DNA of 64,000 nt, taken from positions 288,001 through 352,000 of the forward strand of contig CBDBKE010000002.1 in assembly GCA_965206645.1 (NCBI GenBank), in the 5' to 3' direction. Shown one piece after another: positions 11,601-21,965 of the stretch; positions within the stretch are counted from its first letter, which is position 1; each line of letters starts with the position of its first letter. The notes below the pieces were generated by a model. The model saw nothing but the letters and a program-made list of their open reading frames with translations, searched no databases and was not told the DNA's origin. A program made the translations under genes and the position numbers. The DNA comes from Terriglobia bacterium. Lineage in GTDB: Bacteria > Acidobacteriota > Terriglobia > JAJPHL01 > JAPKYU01.

Positions 11601-12155
11601 GCTGGAGAGCATCTGGCCGCCGTTGATGTTGAAAGAAAAGTGTCCAGTCGCCACCCCGGGGGCAAGAGCCACGAAGTCTGCCAAGCGTCTCCCTCCACTC
11701 GCATTGAGTGGCAAAGCGAGGAAGGTTCGTGGGTTAATGTTTGTGGCCAGTTCGGATGTCTCGGGTTTGAACTGCGGAGCGAGGGCCTCGACAGTTATGA
11801 CTTCAGTTGTCGCTCCCACTTCCAACGTGAGATCAAGCGCCTTAATTCCGTTCACATTGACCTTGACGTTCTCACGAACCAATTTTTTGAAACCAGGATG
11901 CTCCACTTCCACCTGATACGTACCGGCGCGAAGACTCGTAATATTGTAATTGCCGACGGTTGTGGATTCGGTGCTGAAGCTAACGCCGGTGGCTACGCTT
12001 ATGGCTCCGACATTGGCCCCGGGGATGACCGCCCCCGTGGGATCCAAGACTGTTCCACGGATGCCTCCCCGATCGGTTTGGGCCGGCATCATTGTCGGAA
12101 TTGTCGACACTGCCAGAAGTAGCAAGCTTGCTCTCAGGATGGGGCCTGAAGCCAT
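8689..12155 (-). CDS. TonB-dependent receptor, acidobacterial Oar-like, with carboxypeptidase-regulatory-like N-domain; apparent frameshift near the C-terminus
   Basis: GGIRGTVLDPTGAVIPGA, YEFLRNDKLD, NNFAPRLGLAW, FRFEVFNAFN; adding one G to the G7 run at 8785-8791 restores ...FGRVTGAGGNRQGQFALKISF* ending at 8689. Confidence 0.88.
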
Positions 12156-12440
12156 GTCCCGTTTTGGGATTCCTCTTTTGGGCTTGTACTGCGATTCGTG
12201 TCAAGAAGGAGGTGAGGTGACATGAAAAATCCTTATGATAAAACTAAAGACATAGAATGTATGGTAGCCGACAGAATATTCATGGTGATAATACGAACTA
12301 GCCTGGAAGGGAGCCGAAGCGAGTGGCCGGCCGATCGACGTCTAATGGACTATGATTTCTTGCAACTCCTCTGGTAGCGTAAATGGGTTTCCTGCGCTGG
12401 GCTGACCTGGCCAGCCATACCCTACGGTTCGGGAAATATT

Positions 12441-13361
12441 ATGCTGATCATCGACACGCACACGCACATTTACTCTCCTGACGAGAAGCGCTATCCGCCA
12501 GCCAAAGAGCGATTGGAGCACGGTTGGAAGGGAGAACCGATGTCCAAGCCGCTCCGGCCGCCCGGAAAGGCGTCTCTGGAGGACTTGCGCCAGGAGAGCC
12601 GGGCCAACGGAGTGGCCGCCGTCTGCGCCATCCAGACGGCTACGTTCTACCGTTGGGACAACCGTTATATCTGCGACAGCGCGCGCAGCAATCCGGATTG
12701 GGTCGCGGGGGTGTGCACGCTCGACCCGGATGATCCCCACAGTCTTAGCATCTTGACCCACGACACCGAAGTTTACGGGCTCCGCGGACTGCGAAGCTTC
12801 CCTGGCAAGGACGGTTTAGACAGCGATGGAGTGAGAGCCCTGTGGAAGACTGCCGCCGATCTCGGGATCGTCGTGAATGTTCTGGTTTGCATTGGGCCGA
12901 CTCCGGAGGGCGGCTGGGATTCGGGGAAGGATTATCTGCCCGCTCTGCACCGCATGTTGAAGGACTTTCCGGGGCTCCTCGTCGCCCTCGATCATTCTCT
13001 GTGCATGGGGGCCGGGCATCCCGGTACTGGCGAGGCTCTAGAGGCATTGCAGCGACTTGCCGAACACAAGAATCTCCACACAAAGATGAGCTGGGTGGCC
13101 TCTGGCAGCAAGGAGCCCTATCCCTGCAGGGATACACATCCTCTTTGCTACAAAATCATTGATGCCTTCGGCCCCGAACGCTGCGCTTGGGGCAGCTCGT
13201 ATCCATCCGCGCTGTGGACGCCGAAACTGGGGTACCGCGACCACCTCAAGATTTTTACCCACGAACTCAAGTTAAAGAGTGAGGCGCGGGCAGCGGTGCT
13301 CGGCGAAACTGCACGAAGGCTGTGGTTTAAGGATTCCCGTCTGAAAGCCTTGGAAGCTTAG
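12441..13361 (+). CDS. Amidohydrolase family protein (Amidohydro_2)
   Basis: IIDTHTH metal motif, LDH, FGPERCAWGSSYP. Confidence 0.88.
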   Translation: MLIIDTHTHIYSPDEKRYPPAKERLEHGWKGEPMSKPLRPPGKASLEDLRQESRANGVAAVCAIQTATFYRWDNRYICDSARSNPDWVAGVCTLDPDDPHSLSILTHDTEVYGLRGLRSFPGKDGLDSDGVRALWKTAADLGIVVNVLVCIGPTPEGGWDSGKDYLPALHRMLKDFPGLLVALDHSLCMGAGHPGTGEALEALQRLAEHKNLHTKMSWVASGSKEPYPCRDTHPLCYKIIDAFGPERCAWGSSYPSALWTPKLGYRDHLKIFTHELKLKSEARAAVLGETARRLWFKDSRLKALEA

Positions 13362-13482
13362 GAGTCGGCACCGATCCGTCGAAAACCCGGTCGCCAAGCG
13401 CCCGCTCGTCGAGAGCTCGATAGGCGAATGCGCCTTCAATAGGTAGGGGTATAATCGGTGAAGACACCAAAGTGATGGTTCT

Positions 13483-15072
13483 GTGACGAGCTTGTTCCTC
13501 AGTTTTCTGATTTCGGCATCCGCTGCGCCAACAGATGCGTGTGCCATCTGCCATCCGAAAGAGGTAAATGAATATGCACGTACTGGGATGGGCCGATCCC
13601 TGTCCCGACCCAATGAGCAGCCTGCCGGCAGTTTCACGCACTCGGCCTCTGGCACCAAGTTCACGATAGTCTCCAGTCCATCGGGGATGCGGCAGCGAAT
13701 CGAGCTGAAGGGCGTACGGGCCGAGCATGAAATCGCCTACGTTGTCGGCTCGGGAAATCACGGTTTTTCTTACCTGGTACGTGTTGGCGACTCTCTTTTC
13801 CAGTCACCGCTCGCTTATTACACGCGGCGGCAGAAGTGGGATATGGCGCCGGGCTTCGAAAAACACCCGTATCCGGATTTTGACCGTCCGGTGACGCTGA
13901 AGTGCTTGCTGTGTCACTCCGGGCGGCCCATGCCGGTCCGCGGCACGCTGAATCGCTACGAGCAGCCGGAGTTTGCCGCCGAGGCGATCTCGTGTGAGCG
14001 ATGTCACGGCCCTACTGAGGCTCATCTCCAACAGCCTTCATCAACTAACATTGTTAATCCTCGAAAGCTTCCACAGCGGGCGCGCGACAGCGTCTGCGAG
14101 CAATGCCATATCGCGGGCGAGACCCGAATCCCCAATCCAGGTCTTTCGATCGCCGACTTCCAACCCGGCCAACGGCTGGAAGACGTATTCTCTGTATACG
14201 TCTTCGAGCGCACGCGCGCGACTTCCGAGGATGACGAGCTTAAAGTGGTAAGCCACGTCGAACACCTCTCACTCAGTGAATGCTTCCGAAAGAGCGCGGG
14301 GAAGATGTGGTGCGGTTCCTGCCATAACCCGCACGAAAACCCGACAAGTCCCCAACCGTACTACCGCGCCAGGTGCCTCGCCTGCCATGGCGCAACGCTG
14401 GCCAAGCAGCACGCCGCTGCTTCGCGCAACTGCATAGGCTGCCATATGTCGAAGCGGGAAGTCAGCGATGGGGGCCACACGGTCTTTACCGACCACCGCA
14501 TCTCAAGACTTCCAGGAAAAACCGGCACAGGAGGACAAGGCCAGAAGCTCGTCGCCTGGCGTAAGCCGGCCGGCCGGTTAGCAATTCGGAACCTGGGCCT
14601 TGCCAACATCTCAGTTGGACGAGATGACCTATCCGCCTATCACTACAAGGAAGGCGCCCGGCTGCTCTCCCTCTACCAGAAGTCGTCGCCTGGGGACCCA
14701 GCGGTCTTGGAAGCCCGTGGCTGGGCCTATCACTTCGCTCGCTCACATTCCCTGGCACTGCGGTTCTTCAGGGAGGCGCTTCGCTTGCAACCAGGGTCCG
14801 CTTCCGCCCATCGGAGCGTCGCCATAGCCTGGGAGAAGGTGGGTGATCGGGGCAAGGCAATTGCCGCTCTGGATCGGGCCATCAAGCTTGATCCTTCCTA
14901 TTCCCGCGCCTACATCGAATTGAGTAGAATTTATTCGGAAGCCCGCCAGTTAGACAAAGTTCACGAGACTATTTCCCGATTTCTCAAAGTCATGCCGAAC
15001 AGCCTTTCGGCGCGCAGGGCCCTGCAGCGAGCTAAGAACCAGGCGGCCAAAAAAGATCGCCTGCCCGAGTAG
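13483..15072 (+). CDS. Multiheme cytochrome c-like protein (7 CxxCH) with C-terminal TPR repeats
   Basis: CAICH, CLLCH, CERCH, CEQCH, CGSCH, CLACH, CIGCH; signal peptide; TPR-like C-terminus (ALRLQP, AIKLDPSYSRAY). Confidence 0.88.
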   Translation: MTSLFLSFLISASAAPTDACAICHPKEVNEYARTGMGRSLSRPNEQPAGSFTHSASGTKFTIVSSPSGMRQRIELKGVRAEHEIAYVVGSGNHGFSYLVRVGDSLFQSPLAYYTRRQKWDMAPGFEKHPYPDFDRPVTLKCLLCHSGRPMPVRGTLNRYEQPEFAAEAISCERCHGPTEAHLQQPSSTNIVNPRKLPQRARDSVCEQCHIAGETRIPNPGLSIADFQPGQRLEDVFSVYVFERTRATSEDDELKVVSHVEHLSLSECFRKSAGKMWCGSCHNPHENPTSPQPYYRARCLACHGATLAKQHAAASRNCIGCHMSKREVSDGGHTVFTDHRISRLPGKTGTGGQGQKLVAWRKPAGRLAIRNLGLANISVGRDDLSAYHYKEGARLLSLYQKSSPGDPAVLEARGWAYHFARSHSLALRFFREALRLQPGSASAHRSVAIAWEKVGDRGKAIAALDRAIKLDPSYSRAYIELSRIYSEARQLDKVHETISRFLKVMPNSLSARRALQRAKNQAAKKDRLPE

Positions 15073-15143
15073 ATTGTTCCCGCGACTGCTGTTTCGTGCA
15101 CACAATCATCAGGGTCGTTCCTTCGCAGGGTCTCCTGGGCGGA

Positions 15144-15237
15144 ATCGCGGCGGCCTCTGCCGACCTGGACAACGACGGTGACATTGAGATCGTGGTCTCG
15201 AATGTCGGCCAAAACTCCTATATCCTAAGAGAATGAG
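15144..15237 (+). pseudogene. Short remnant of an FG-GAP/CRTAC1-like gene
   Basis: Translates as AASADLDNDGDIEIVVSNVGQNSYILRE*, paralogous to ALGDLDNDGDLEIVVVNM in the next gene. Confidence 0.6.
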
Positions 15238-15248
15238 TAGAAGGGAGA

Positions 15249-17180
15249 ATGGGGAAAAGGAATAAGCCATTCGTGCCTCCTCAGGTTCGAATTCTCCGAT
15301 TCTTCTCACGATCTGCGAGCCGAAAACCTGGCGGCTGGGCGGCGGGTTCATTGCCCCTGCTGCTTGGGCTTGCCGTCGCTTTACTGGTGGGCGGTCTTCC
15401 GCGTCAGGCTCTGCCGCAGGGCGTCGCCGTGAGTTCACGGAAGGCCCAGCCGGCCAGGCCGCTCCCTCCGGGAATGAAGCCGCCGCAGGTGAACTATAAA
15501 GACTTGGCCCGGGAGGCTGGCCTTACCGGAAGGAACATTTCCGGCGCCGAGCAGAACAAAACCTGGATTGTGGAAACCACAGGCACGGGCCTCGCGCTGA
15601 TCGACTACGACAACGATGACCTGCTGGACATCCTGCTGGTGAACGCGGATCGCTTTGACGACTCTGGGCCGCAACCGCGCCACTACCTCTACCGCAACCT
15701 CGGAAACTTGAAATTCGAGGACGTCACCAAAGAAGCTGGCTTGGTCCACACGGGCTGGGCGCAAGGTGTTTGCGCCGGCGACGTAGACAACGACGGCCAC
15801 ATGGACCTGCTGATCACTCACTGGGGCCAGAACGTATTGTTCCGCAACCAGGGCACCGGGACTTTCCGGGATGAAACCAAGGCTCGGGGGTTGTCCGTAC
15901 CGGCGCGGCGCTGGAGCACCGGCTGTTCGTTCTTCGATTACGACCGCGACGGGGACCTGGATCTGTTCGTTGCCAACTATGTGGAGTTTGATCCCGCCTC
16001 AACGCCGCGTCCGGGCGAGAATTCCAACTGCAGGTGGAAAGGTTTCCCGGTGATCTGCGGGCCGCGCGGGCTGCCCCCGGAGACCATGTCGCTCTACCAG
16101 AATGACGGCCGCGGCTCTTTCACCGATGTCTCAGAGAAAGCCAACGTCGCCGGGCCAAAAGAGTTCTACGGATTCACAGCGCTGAGCGGAGACTTTGACG
16201 ACGACGGCTGGCCCGACATGTACGTAGCCTGCGACTCCACTGCCAGCATGCTCTATCGCAACCGCCGCGACGGCACCTTCGAAGAGATCGGCGTCTATTC
16301 GGGCGCGGCCTATAATGAAGACGGCCAGATGCAGGCTGGCATGGGCGCGGCAGCCGGCGATTATGACGGCGACGGTCACCTCGACATCCTGAAGACCAAC
16401 TTCTCCGGCGACGTCCCGAACCTGTACCGCAACCTCGGAGACGGCACCTTCTCCGACGTGACGGTGCCAGCCGGGTTGGCAATCCACACGAAATTTCTCG
16501 GCTGGGGGGCGGCCTTCCTGGACTTCGACCAGGACGGCTGGAAGGACATTTTCTTAGCGAACGGGCACGTCTACCCGGAGGTGGACCAGTTGCCGATCAA
16601 CGAGAAGTTCCACCAGCAGCGATTGCTCTTCTGGAACAGGCGCGACAAACAGTTCTATGACATCTCCCCACAGGCCGGCGAGGGAATCCAAGCGAAGCAC
16701 TCCTCCCGGGGCGTCGCGCTAGGCGACCTGGATAACGACGGGGATCTGGAGATCGTCGTCGTCAACATGCACGAACCCCCGTCGCTGCTGAAGAATTTCG
16801 GGGAGAAAGGCAACGCGTTGCTGATTCGCGCCCTCCATCGTTCCGGCCGCGACGCGGTCGGAGCGCGCCTGACGCTGACCTCAAAAGGAAAGAAACAGGT
16901 CGAAGAGGTGCGCAGCGGCGGCTACCACATTTCGCAGGGCGATTTCCGCGTCCACTTCGGACTTGGGACTGAAACCAAAGCCAATCTCACCATCCGCTGG
17001 CCGCAGGGCAAGGTCGAGACCTTTCGGGATCTTCTCGCCAACCACCTGATCGTGATTCAGGAAGGCAAGGGGATCGTGAAACGCAGATCTCACGGCCGAG
17101 AAAAGCGAGTTAGTCAATCTCCGCTTGGCTTCGATAGGGTTTCGGCTTCGGGTCCAACCACTCAACGACCTTGTCCTTGA
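15249..17180 (+). CDS. CRTAC1-family protein (FG-GAP/VCBS repeats + ASPIC/UnbV domain)
   Basis: Repeated DxDxDGxxD motifs; C-terminal GGYHISQGDFRVHFGLG and IRWP. Confidence 0.92.
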   Translation: MGKRNKPFVPPQVRILRFFSRSASRKPGGWAAGSLPLLLGLAVALLVGGLPRQALPQGVAVSSRKAQPARPLPPGMKPPQVNYKDLAREAGLTGRNISGAEQNKTWIVETTGTGLALIDYDNDDLLDILLVNADRFDDSGPQPRHYLYRNLGNLKFEDVTKEAGLVHTGWAQGVCAGDVDNDGHMDLLITHWGQNVLFRNQGTGTFRDETKARGLSVPARRWSTGCSFFDYDRDGDLDLFVANYVEFDPASTPRPGENSNCRWKGFPVICGPRGLPPETMSLYQNDGRGSFTDVSEKANVAGPKEFYGFTALSGDFDDDGWPDMYVACDSTASMLYRNRRDGTFEEIGVYSGAAYNEDGQMQAGMGAAAGDYDGDGHLDILKTNFSGDVPNLYRNLGDGTFSDVTVPAGLAIHTKFLGWGAAFLDFDQDGWKDIFLANGHVYPEVDQLPINEKFHQQRLLFWNRRDKQFYDISPQAGEGIQAKHSSRGVALGDLDNDGDLEIVVVNMHEPPSLLKNFGEKGNALLIRALHRSGRDAVGARLTLTSKGKKQVEEVRSGGYHISQGDFRVHFGLGTETKANLTIRWPQGKVETFRDLLANHLIVIQEGKGIVKRRSHGREKRVSQSPLGFDRVSASGPTTQRPCP

Positions 17181-18417
17181 TGGCCCAGGCACTGAAAAAG
17201 TTGCCCGACGGGTTGTAGTGCCCGATATAGTAGCGCTTGATGTAGGTATCGACGTCCAAGTTGAAACTCTTGAATTCGGCGAGATGCCATTCCCTCAAAT
17301 CCACGAACGGGTACTCCTGAGTCTTCAAGTAATCGACCAAAACTTGGTCAAAGCGATTCTCGCCCAGCAGGTGACGCTTCATATTCGCAGGACTATAGGA
17401 AAGAATGACGAAAAGTTTCTTGCAAGTCTCTCCGACGTATCTCTCCGTCATCTGGAGGATCTTGATGGTGGAGAAAAGAGCCGCCTGAGTGTGAATCTTC
17501 TCCAGGTCTTCTGCACCCACCGTGGCTCGGCCCCCGGGCGAGTAGGGCACTCCAAAATTTGCCGCCAGATTCGAGACCGCCTGGGCGGGAATGGGCCCTG
17601 CTTTCGCAGCCAGGACAGCTCGATGCAAGACCGGATCGTCCCCGAAAGTTTGTAAGACCCAGTTCAGGTCGCGGAGTTTGTACACGTACTGTGGCGTGGG
17701 GCAAAGATTCGGGACCTCGACAATGTGGTTCTTGGTCACGTTGACTCGAACGTGCGGGAGCGTCCCTTCACGGACATCGTGTCGGCCGATGCTCCGCCAA
17801 GAGTCGAGGTTGCGATAGTGGTCATCGTCGTAAATATTGAGGACAATGTATTCGGCCGGATGCGTCTTTTCGACAACTTTCATCCGTTTGTACGCTTGAT
17901 AGACGCTGTAGCCTCCAACGCCGAAATTTTCAATGGGCTCCCTCAAGTGGGCCGCTAAATATTCCTGCCACGTTTCACCGTCGCTAACCTGATCGCAGTG
18001 CGTGAAGCTGTCACCGTAGGTGTGGATCCGGGCCGTGGTATCGGCGAAATGCACTCTCCTCCGGGCGCCACTTTTTTCATAACGATAAAAAGTCCGCGAT
18101 CCATCAACACCCTCATCCTTTCGAATGGTATCCCGCAACACCCAACCCAACTCTGAATCATAGGTCCACCCCGCATTTGGATGGTAACCGGAGGCCGGCG
18201 CTTCTCCTATGTCGATGAAGTTCTGGATCTTCTCGATGGAGGGTAGAAGAGTCCTCAGATAATCGGTTTTTCGTTTCTCGAACGTTGTCGCGAAGTTCGG
18301 CTTCGCCGGAGGTTTGCCCTGCCCCAGCAAGAATGGTGGGTACATGCAGAGGGCTATCCAGCAGGCTAGTGAAGCTTTGAAAGCGGCAAGCATTCGGTGA
18401 GGACACATACAAATCAC
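17110..18417 (-). CDS. SGNH/GDSL-hydrolase-like secreted protein
   Basis: YGDSFTHCDQV, NFGVGGYS, GHYNPSGN blocks. Confidence 0.7.
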   Translation of the reverse strand: MICMCPHRMLAAFKASLACWIALCMYPPFLLGQGKPPAKPNFATTFEKRKTDYLRTLLPSIEKIQNFIDIGEAPASGYHPNAGWTYDSELGWVLRDTIRKDEGVDGSRTFYRYEKSGARRRVHFADTTARIHTYGDSFTHCDQVSDGETWQEYLAAHLREPIENFGVGGYSVYQAYKRMKVVEKTHPAEYIVLNIYDDDHYRNLDSWRSIGRHDVREGTLPHVRVNVTKNHIVEVPNLCPTPQYVYKLRDLNWVLQTFGDDPVLHRAVLAAKAGPIPAQAVSNLAANFGVPYSPGGRATVGAEDLEKIHTQAALFSTIKILQMTERYVGETCKKLFVILSYSPANMKRHLLGENRFDQVLVDYLKTQEYPFVDLREWHLAEFKSFNLDVDTYIKRYYIGHYNPSGNFFSAWAIKDKVVEWLDPKPKPYRSQAEID

Positions 18418-18523
18418 TCCTTGGCTAGATCATTCTAGCTCGACGGACACAATCTGGAGGCGACCGTTATGGGATAGAATCTTAACCTCGAAAGCGAACC
18501 TACTCATTGCCGTTAGGTATGGA

Positions 18524-20215
18524 GTGCTCCACATGAATAGGAAATCCAAACCTACCATCCAAGGCTATACCGATCAACTCAGTGTCAAGGCCGGCGATCA
18601 GATCGGGCTCCACATTTCAACCGACGCCGAGAGGTACTCGGTTGAGATCGCCCGGGTGGGCGCGAAAAGGGAGGTGGTCTGGACCAAAGAAGGTCTGCCA
18701 GGCGAGGAGTGTCCGGTTCCAGAGAATTGTGTCTCGCATGGATGCAACTGGCCACTGGCGCTGAAAGTGCCGGTGCCGGAGCATTGGAAGTCTGGCTACT
18801 ACAGCGTGACCTTGCACGGTTCCGGGCTTGGGTCCGGGCACGGTTCCGGCCGCAGCAACCAGAGTGCAACAGGCCAGAGTGCGACAGGAGAGATGTCCTT
18901 TGTGGTCCGAGCGGCGCATCCCGGTCGAGACTCAAAGATTCTGCTGCAGCGGAGCACAAACACCGACAACGCTTACAACACCTGGGGCGGCGCGGATCTG
19001 TATCGAGGTGCGGATGGGCCCGCACGGCGGGTTTCCTTCGACCGCCCCTTTGCGGGCTTTGCCGGATTCGAGGGAAGGTTCTTGTTTAGCATCGGAGCCG
19101 AGTGCCAAGCCGATCTGGAGGAAGGAACGATCTCGCCTCGGCTTCGGACAGAATTCTCAAAGCACGGTGTCTCATTCACGGACCTTGCAACCATTACCAC
19201 CAAGAGCGGCCAAGCCGAGGGTGCGTCTGACGAGCAGACCGGCACCCAATGGCATATCCTCGAACCCGCAGTGACTTTCCGGATCCAAAAGGGCCGGATC
19301 CAGAAAGGGAAAAAGGAGCTTCAAGTCTTCGACGGGTTTAGCACCTTTCAAAGCTGCTGGGCAAATTGGGAACGGCCGTTCGTTGAGTGGGCCGAGAGGG
19401 CCGGGTATAGGTTTGACTATGCCGTCAACTCGGACCTGGAGTTCCACCCCGAAATCCTTCAACACTATCGGCTCGTTTTGAGCGTCGGACACGACGAGTA
19501 CTGGTCATCGCCCATGCGCGATCACTTGGAGGCGTTCATTGCCGGTGGAGGCAACGTGGCTTTCCTCAGCGGCAACGTCGTTTATTGGCAGGTCCGTTCC
19601 GAAGACGGCGGCCATGCTCTGGTGTGCTGGAAGGAAGCCTACAAGCAGGACCCTTATTACAAAAGCAACCCCAAGCTGCTGACCACACTGTGGTGTAGTC
19701 GCCTGATCAACCGGCCCGAGAATCAACTCACTGGAGTCAGTTACGCCTATGGAGGCTACCATCGCTTTTTCGATCAGTTCCGGGATGGGTCGGGAGCTTA
19801 CACAGTCCATCGGCCCAACCACTGGATTTTTGAAGGGACTGGTCTGAGACAAGGAGATCTTTTCGGCGCAGCGAACAAGATCGTTGGTTATGAGTGCGAC
19901 GGCTGCCTTTTCGAGCTGCAGGATGGACTTCCTGTCGCCACCCATCGTGACGGCACCCCCGATGGCTTTCAAATCCTTGCTACCGGTCCTGCGGGGCTGT
20001 GCGCCGGCGATGGCTCGCTCGGCTGGATTCAGGAGGCGCTGTACGGCGACAGCTCGGCGCAGCACCCCCAACCGGGCGCGGCAGTCCTTGGTGCCTACAC
20101 CCGCGGGGGCACTGTAGTCACCGCGGGCTCAACGAACTGGTCCGATGGCCTGCGCGGTGGGGACAAAGTGGTGGAAAGGATAACTCGTAATATTCTGGAC
20201 CGGCTCTCGTCGTAA
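18524..20215 (+). CDS. N,N-dimethylformamidase beta-subunit-like protein (DUF6605)
   Basis: AYNTWGGADLY, RVSFDRPF, LSVGHDEYWS, FLSGNVVYWQVR, VGYECD. Confidence 0.82.
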   Translation: MLHMNRKSKPTIQGYTDQLSVKAGDQIGLHISTDAERYSVEIARVGAKREVVWTKEGLPGEECPVPENCVSHGCNWPLALKVPVPEHWKSGYYSVTLHGSGLGSGHGSGRSNQSATGQSATGEMSFVVRAAHPGRDSKILLQRSTNTDNAYNTWGGADLYRGADGPARRVSFDRPFAGFAGFEGRFLFSIGAECQADLEEGTISPRLRTEFSKHGVSFTDLATITTKSGQAEGASDEQTGTQWHILEPAVTFRIQKGRIQKGKKELQVFDGFSTFQSCWANWERPFVEWAERAGYRFDYAVNSDLEFHPEILQHYRLVLSVGHDEYWSSPMRDHLEAFIAGGGNVAFLSGNVVYWQVRSEDGGHALVCWKEAYKQDPYYKSNPKLLTTLWCSRLINRPENQLTGVSYAYGGYHRFFDQFRDGSGAYTVHRPNHWIFEGTGLRQGDLFGAANKIVGYECDGCLFELQDGLPVATHRDGTPDGFQILATGPAGLCAGDGSLGWIQEALYGDSSAQHPQPGAAVLGAYTRGGTVVTAGSTNWSDGLRGGDKVVERITRNILDRLSS

Positions 20216-20272
20216 GAGATTGGACCCTGTTTCGCTTGACGGACTGAGTCCGCAAGCCAGAAGGTGTGAACC

Positions 20273-21082
20273 ATGAGTTTGTCGAAGATCGTTGCGCTGG
20301 GCACCGGGATTTACCATCACTATGGCCTGGAGGCTGCACTGAAAGGGATTCGGCGGGCCGGGTGCGGCTATGTGGAGATGGCAGCCAACCCACCACACGC
20401 AGAACACGTTTCCCCCGACATGGACGACGCTGCAGTCGAGGCTCTGCTGGCCAAGCTTCAGCAGTACAGTCTCAAGGTCGTGGCTCTAAACGGCAACATC
20501 GGCATGATGAGGAAAAGCGACGTCGAGCGATCCAAAAGACTCATCAGCCTTGCTCCGAAGCTTGGCGCCGCCATTATGGTGAATACAGTCGGCGGAGCCG
20601 GCCTGGAAGAGGATTTACCCCCGTTTCTGGCCAACGTCGGTGAAGTGGCGGACCATGCCCGAAAAAACGGTGTCACGATTGGCCTGGAAGTGCACGGCAA
20701 GCACACTGCCAACGGCAAACTCGCTTTGGATACGGTTCGCGCGGTCAATGATCCAAACGTGAAGATCAACTACGACACCGCCAACTGCATCTATTTCGGC
20801 GATACCTTGCCCTACGAAGACCTGCAGGTTGCTGTCCCCGAAATGGCGCACATCCATTTGAAGGATAAGATCGGCGGCAAGGGAGTATGGAACTTTCCGC
20901 CCATAGGGACGGGCGAAATTGACTTCGAAAAGGTGCTTAACATCCTGGACGACGGGGGCTATCGAGGTGCGTTGAGCGTGGAGATCGAGTTCGACGACCG
21001 GGGCTGGCCTCCTGTTGCCGAGGTGGACGAAGCTGCAAGCTCCGCCTACCGCAACCTCATGCGATTGCTGGAGGCGCACTAG
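20273..21082 (+). CDS. Sugar phosphate isomerase/epimerase (xylose-isomerase-like TIM barrel)
   Basis: LEVH, NYDTAN, HIHLKD, GTGEIDF, SVEIE metal ligands. Confidence 0.88.
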   Translation: MSLSKIVALGTGIYHHYGLEAALKGIRRAGCGYVEMAANPPHAEHVSPDMDDAAVEALLAKLQQYSLKVVALNGNIGMMRKSDVERSKRLISLAPKLGAAIMVNTVGGAGLEEDLPPFLANVGEVADHARKNGVTIGLEVHGKHTANGKLALDTVRAVNDPNVKINYDTANCIYFGDTLPYEDLQVAVPEMAHIHLKDKIGGKGVWNFPPIGTGEIDFEKVLNILDDGGYRGALSVEIEFDDRGWPPVAEVDEAASSAYRNLMRLLEAH

Positions 21083-21133
21083 CAGTGGCCGCGGGTTTCT
21101 GCCCACGGCCTGGGAGCAACCCTTGCTGGCGTG

Positions 21134-21907
21134 TCAGGCGTTCAGGTCTTTGAACGTCTCCTTCATCCGGCGATATCCGCCGACCACGACGGCCTGGTCG
21201 TTCTCTCCTTGCATAATGCGCGCGCCGCGCTTCAGCGCCTTCTTAGCATCCTCGCGACCGCCAACGGGCATTCCCCACCACTTGCCGTGCTTCGCGCAAG
21301 CCGCAGCTATTTTATCGGTCGCCTGCCGGATCAGCTTGTGGTCCATTTGACCGATGATGCCATAGCTCTGAGACAGGTCGCCCGGGCCTAGCAAGAGGAT
21401 ATCGATCCCCTCGGTCCCGGCGATCGCGTCCACCTCGTCAACCGCCTCTTTGTCTTCGATTATGACGGCGATCAAGATCTCGGTGTTGGCATGCTTGATA
21501 TATTCCGAACGATCGCTCGTGCCATAGTCGGAGTCAGAGCTGCCGCCGGATCCACGCAATCCCATGGGGGAAAACCTGGCGTCGCGAACAATGGAGCGGG
21601 CATCCTCGCCGCCCATGCAGTGGGGGACAATGATTCCGGTGGCGCCCGCTTCCAGCGGTTTGATGATCCCGGTGTATCCGGTGCGCGCGACCCGGACAAT
21701 GGAATCCATATCGTGGGCTCGCGCTGCCAGGATCATCTGCGACAGCTCGCCGTAGCTAAAGTCGCTATGCTCGTTTTCGAGCCAGACGCCATCGAAACCA
21801 ACGAAACCCATCATGTCCACCATCTTCCAGTAGGGGACGATCCAAGACTGCGTCATGACCACGTATTCTCCGCGTCTCAACTTTTCCAACATCAAGCTTC
21901 GTCTCAT
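21134..21907 (-). CDS. HpcH/HpaI aldolase family protein (copy 1)
   Basis: GFDGVWLENEHS, GIIVPH, IEDKEAV, LLGPGDLS. Confidence 0.9.
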   Translation of the reverse strand: MRRSLMLEKLRRGEYVVMTQSWIVPYWKMVDMMGFVGFDGVWLENEHSDFSYGELSQMILAARAHDMDSIVRVARTGYTGIIKPLEAGATGIIVPHCMGGEDARSIVRDARFSPMGLRGSGGSSDSDYGTSDRSEYIKHANTEILIAVIIEDKEAVDEVDAIAGTEGIDILLLGPGDLSQSYGIIGQMDHKLIRQATDKIAAACAKHGKWWGMPVGGREDAKKALKRGARIMQGENDQAVVVGGYRRMKETFKDLNA

Positions 21908-21965
21908 CGGGCTCCAAGTGGTTTACGTGCTGTTCAATTCGGAAGTGGTTCAGCGACCATGCGTG

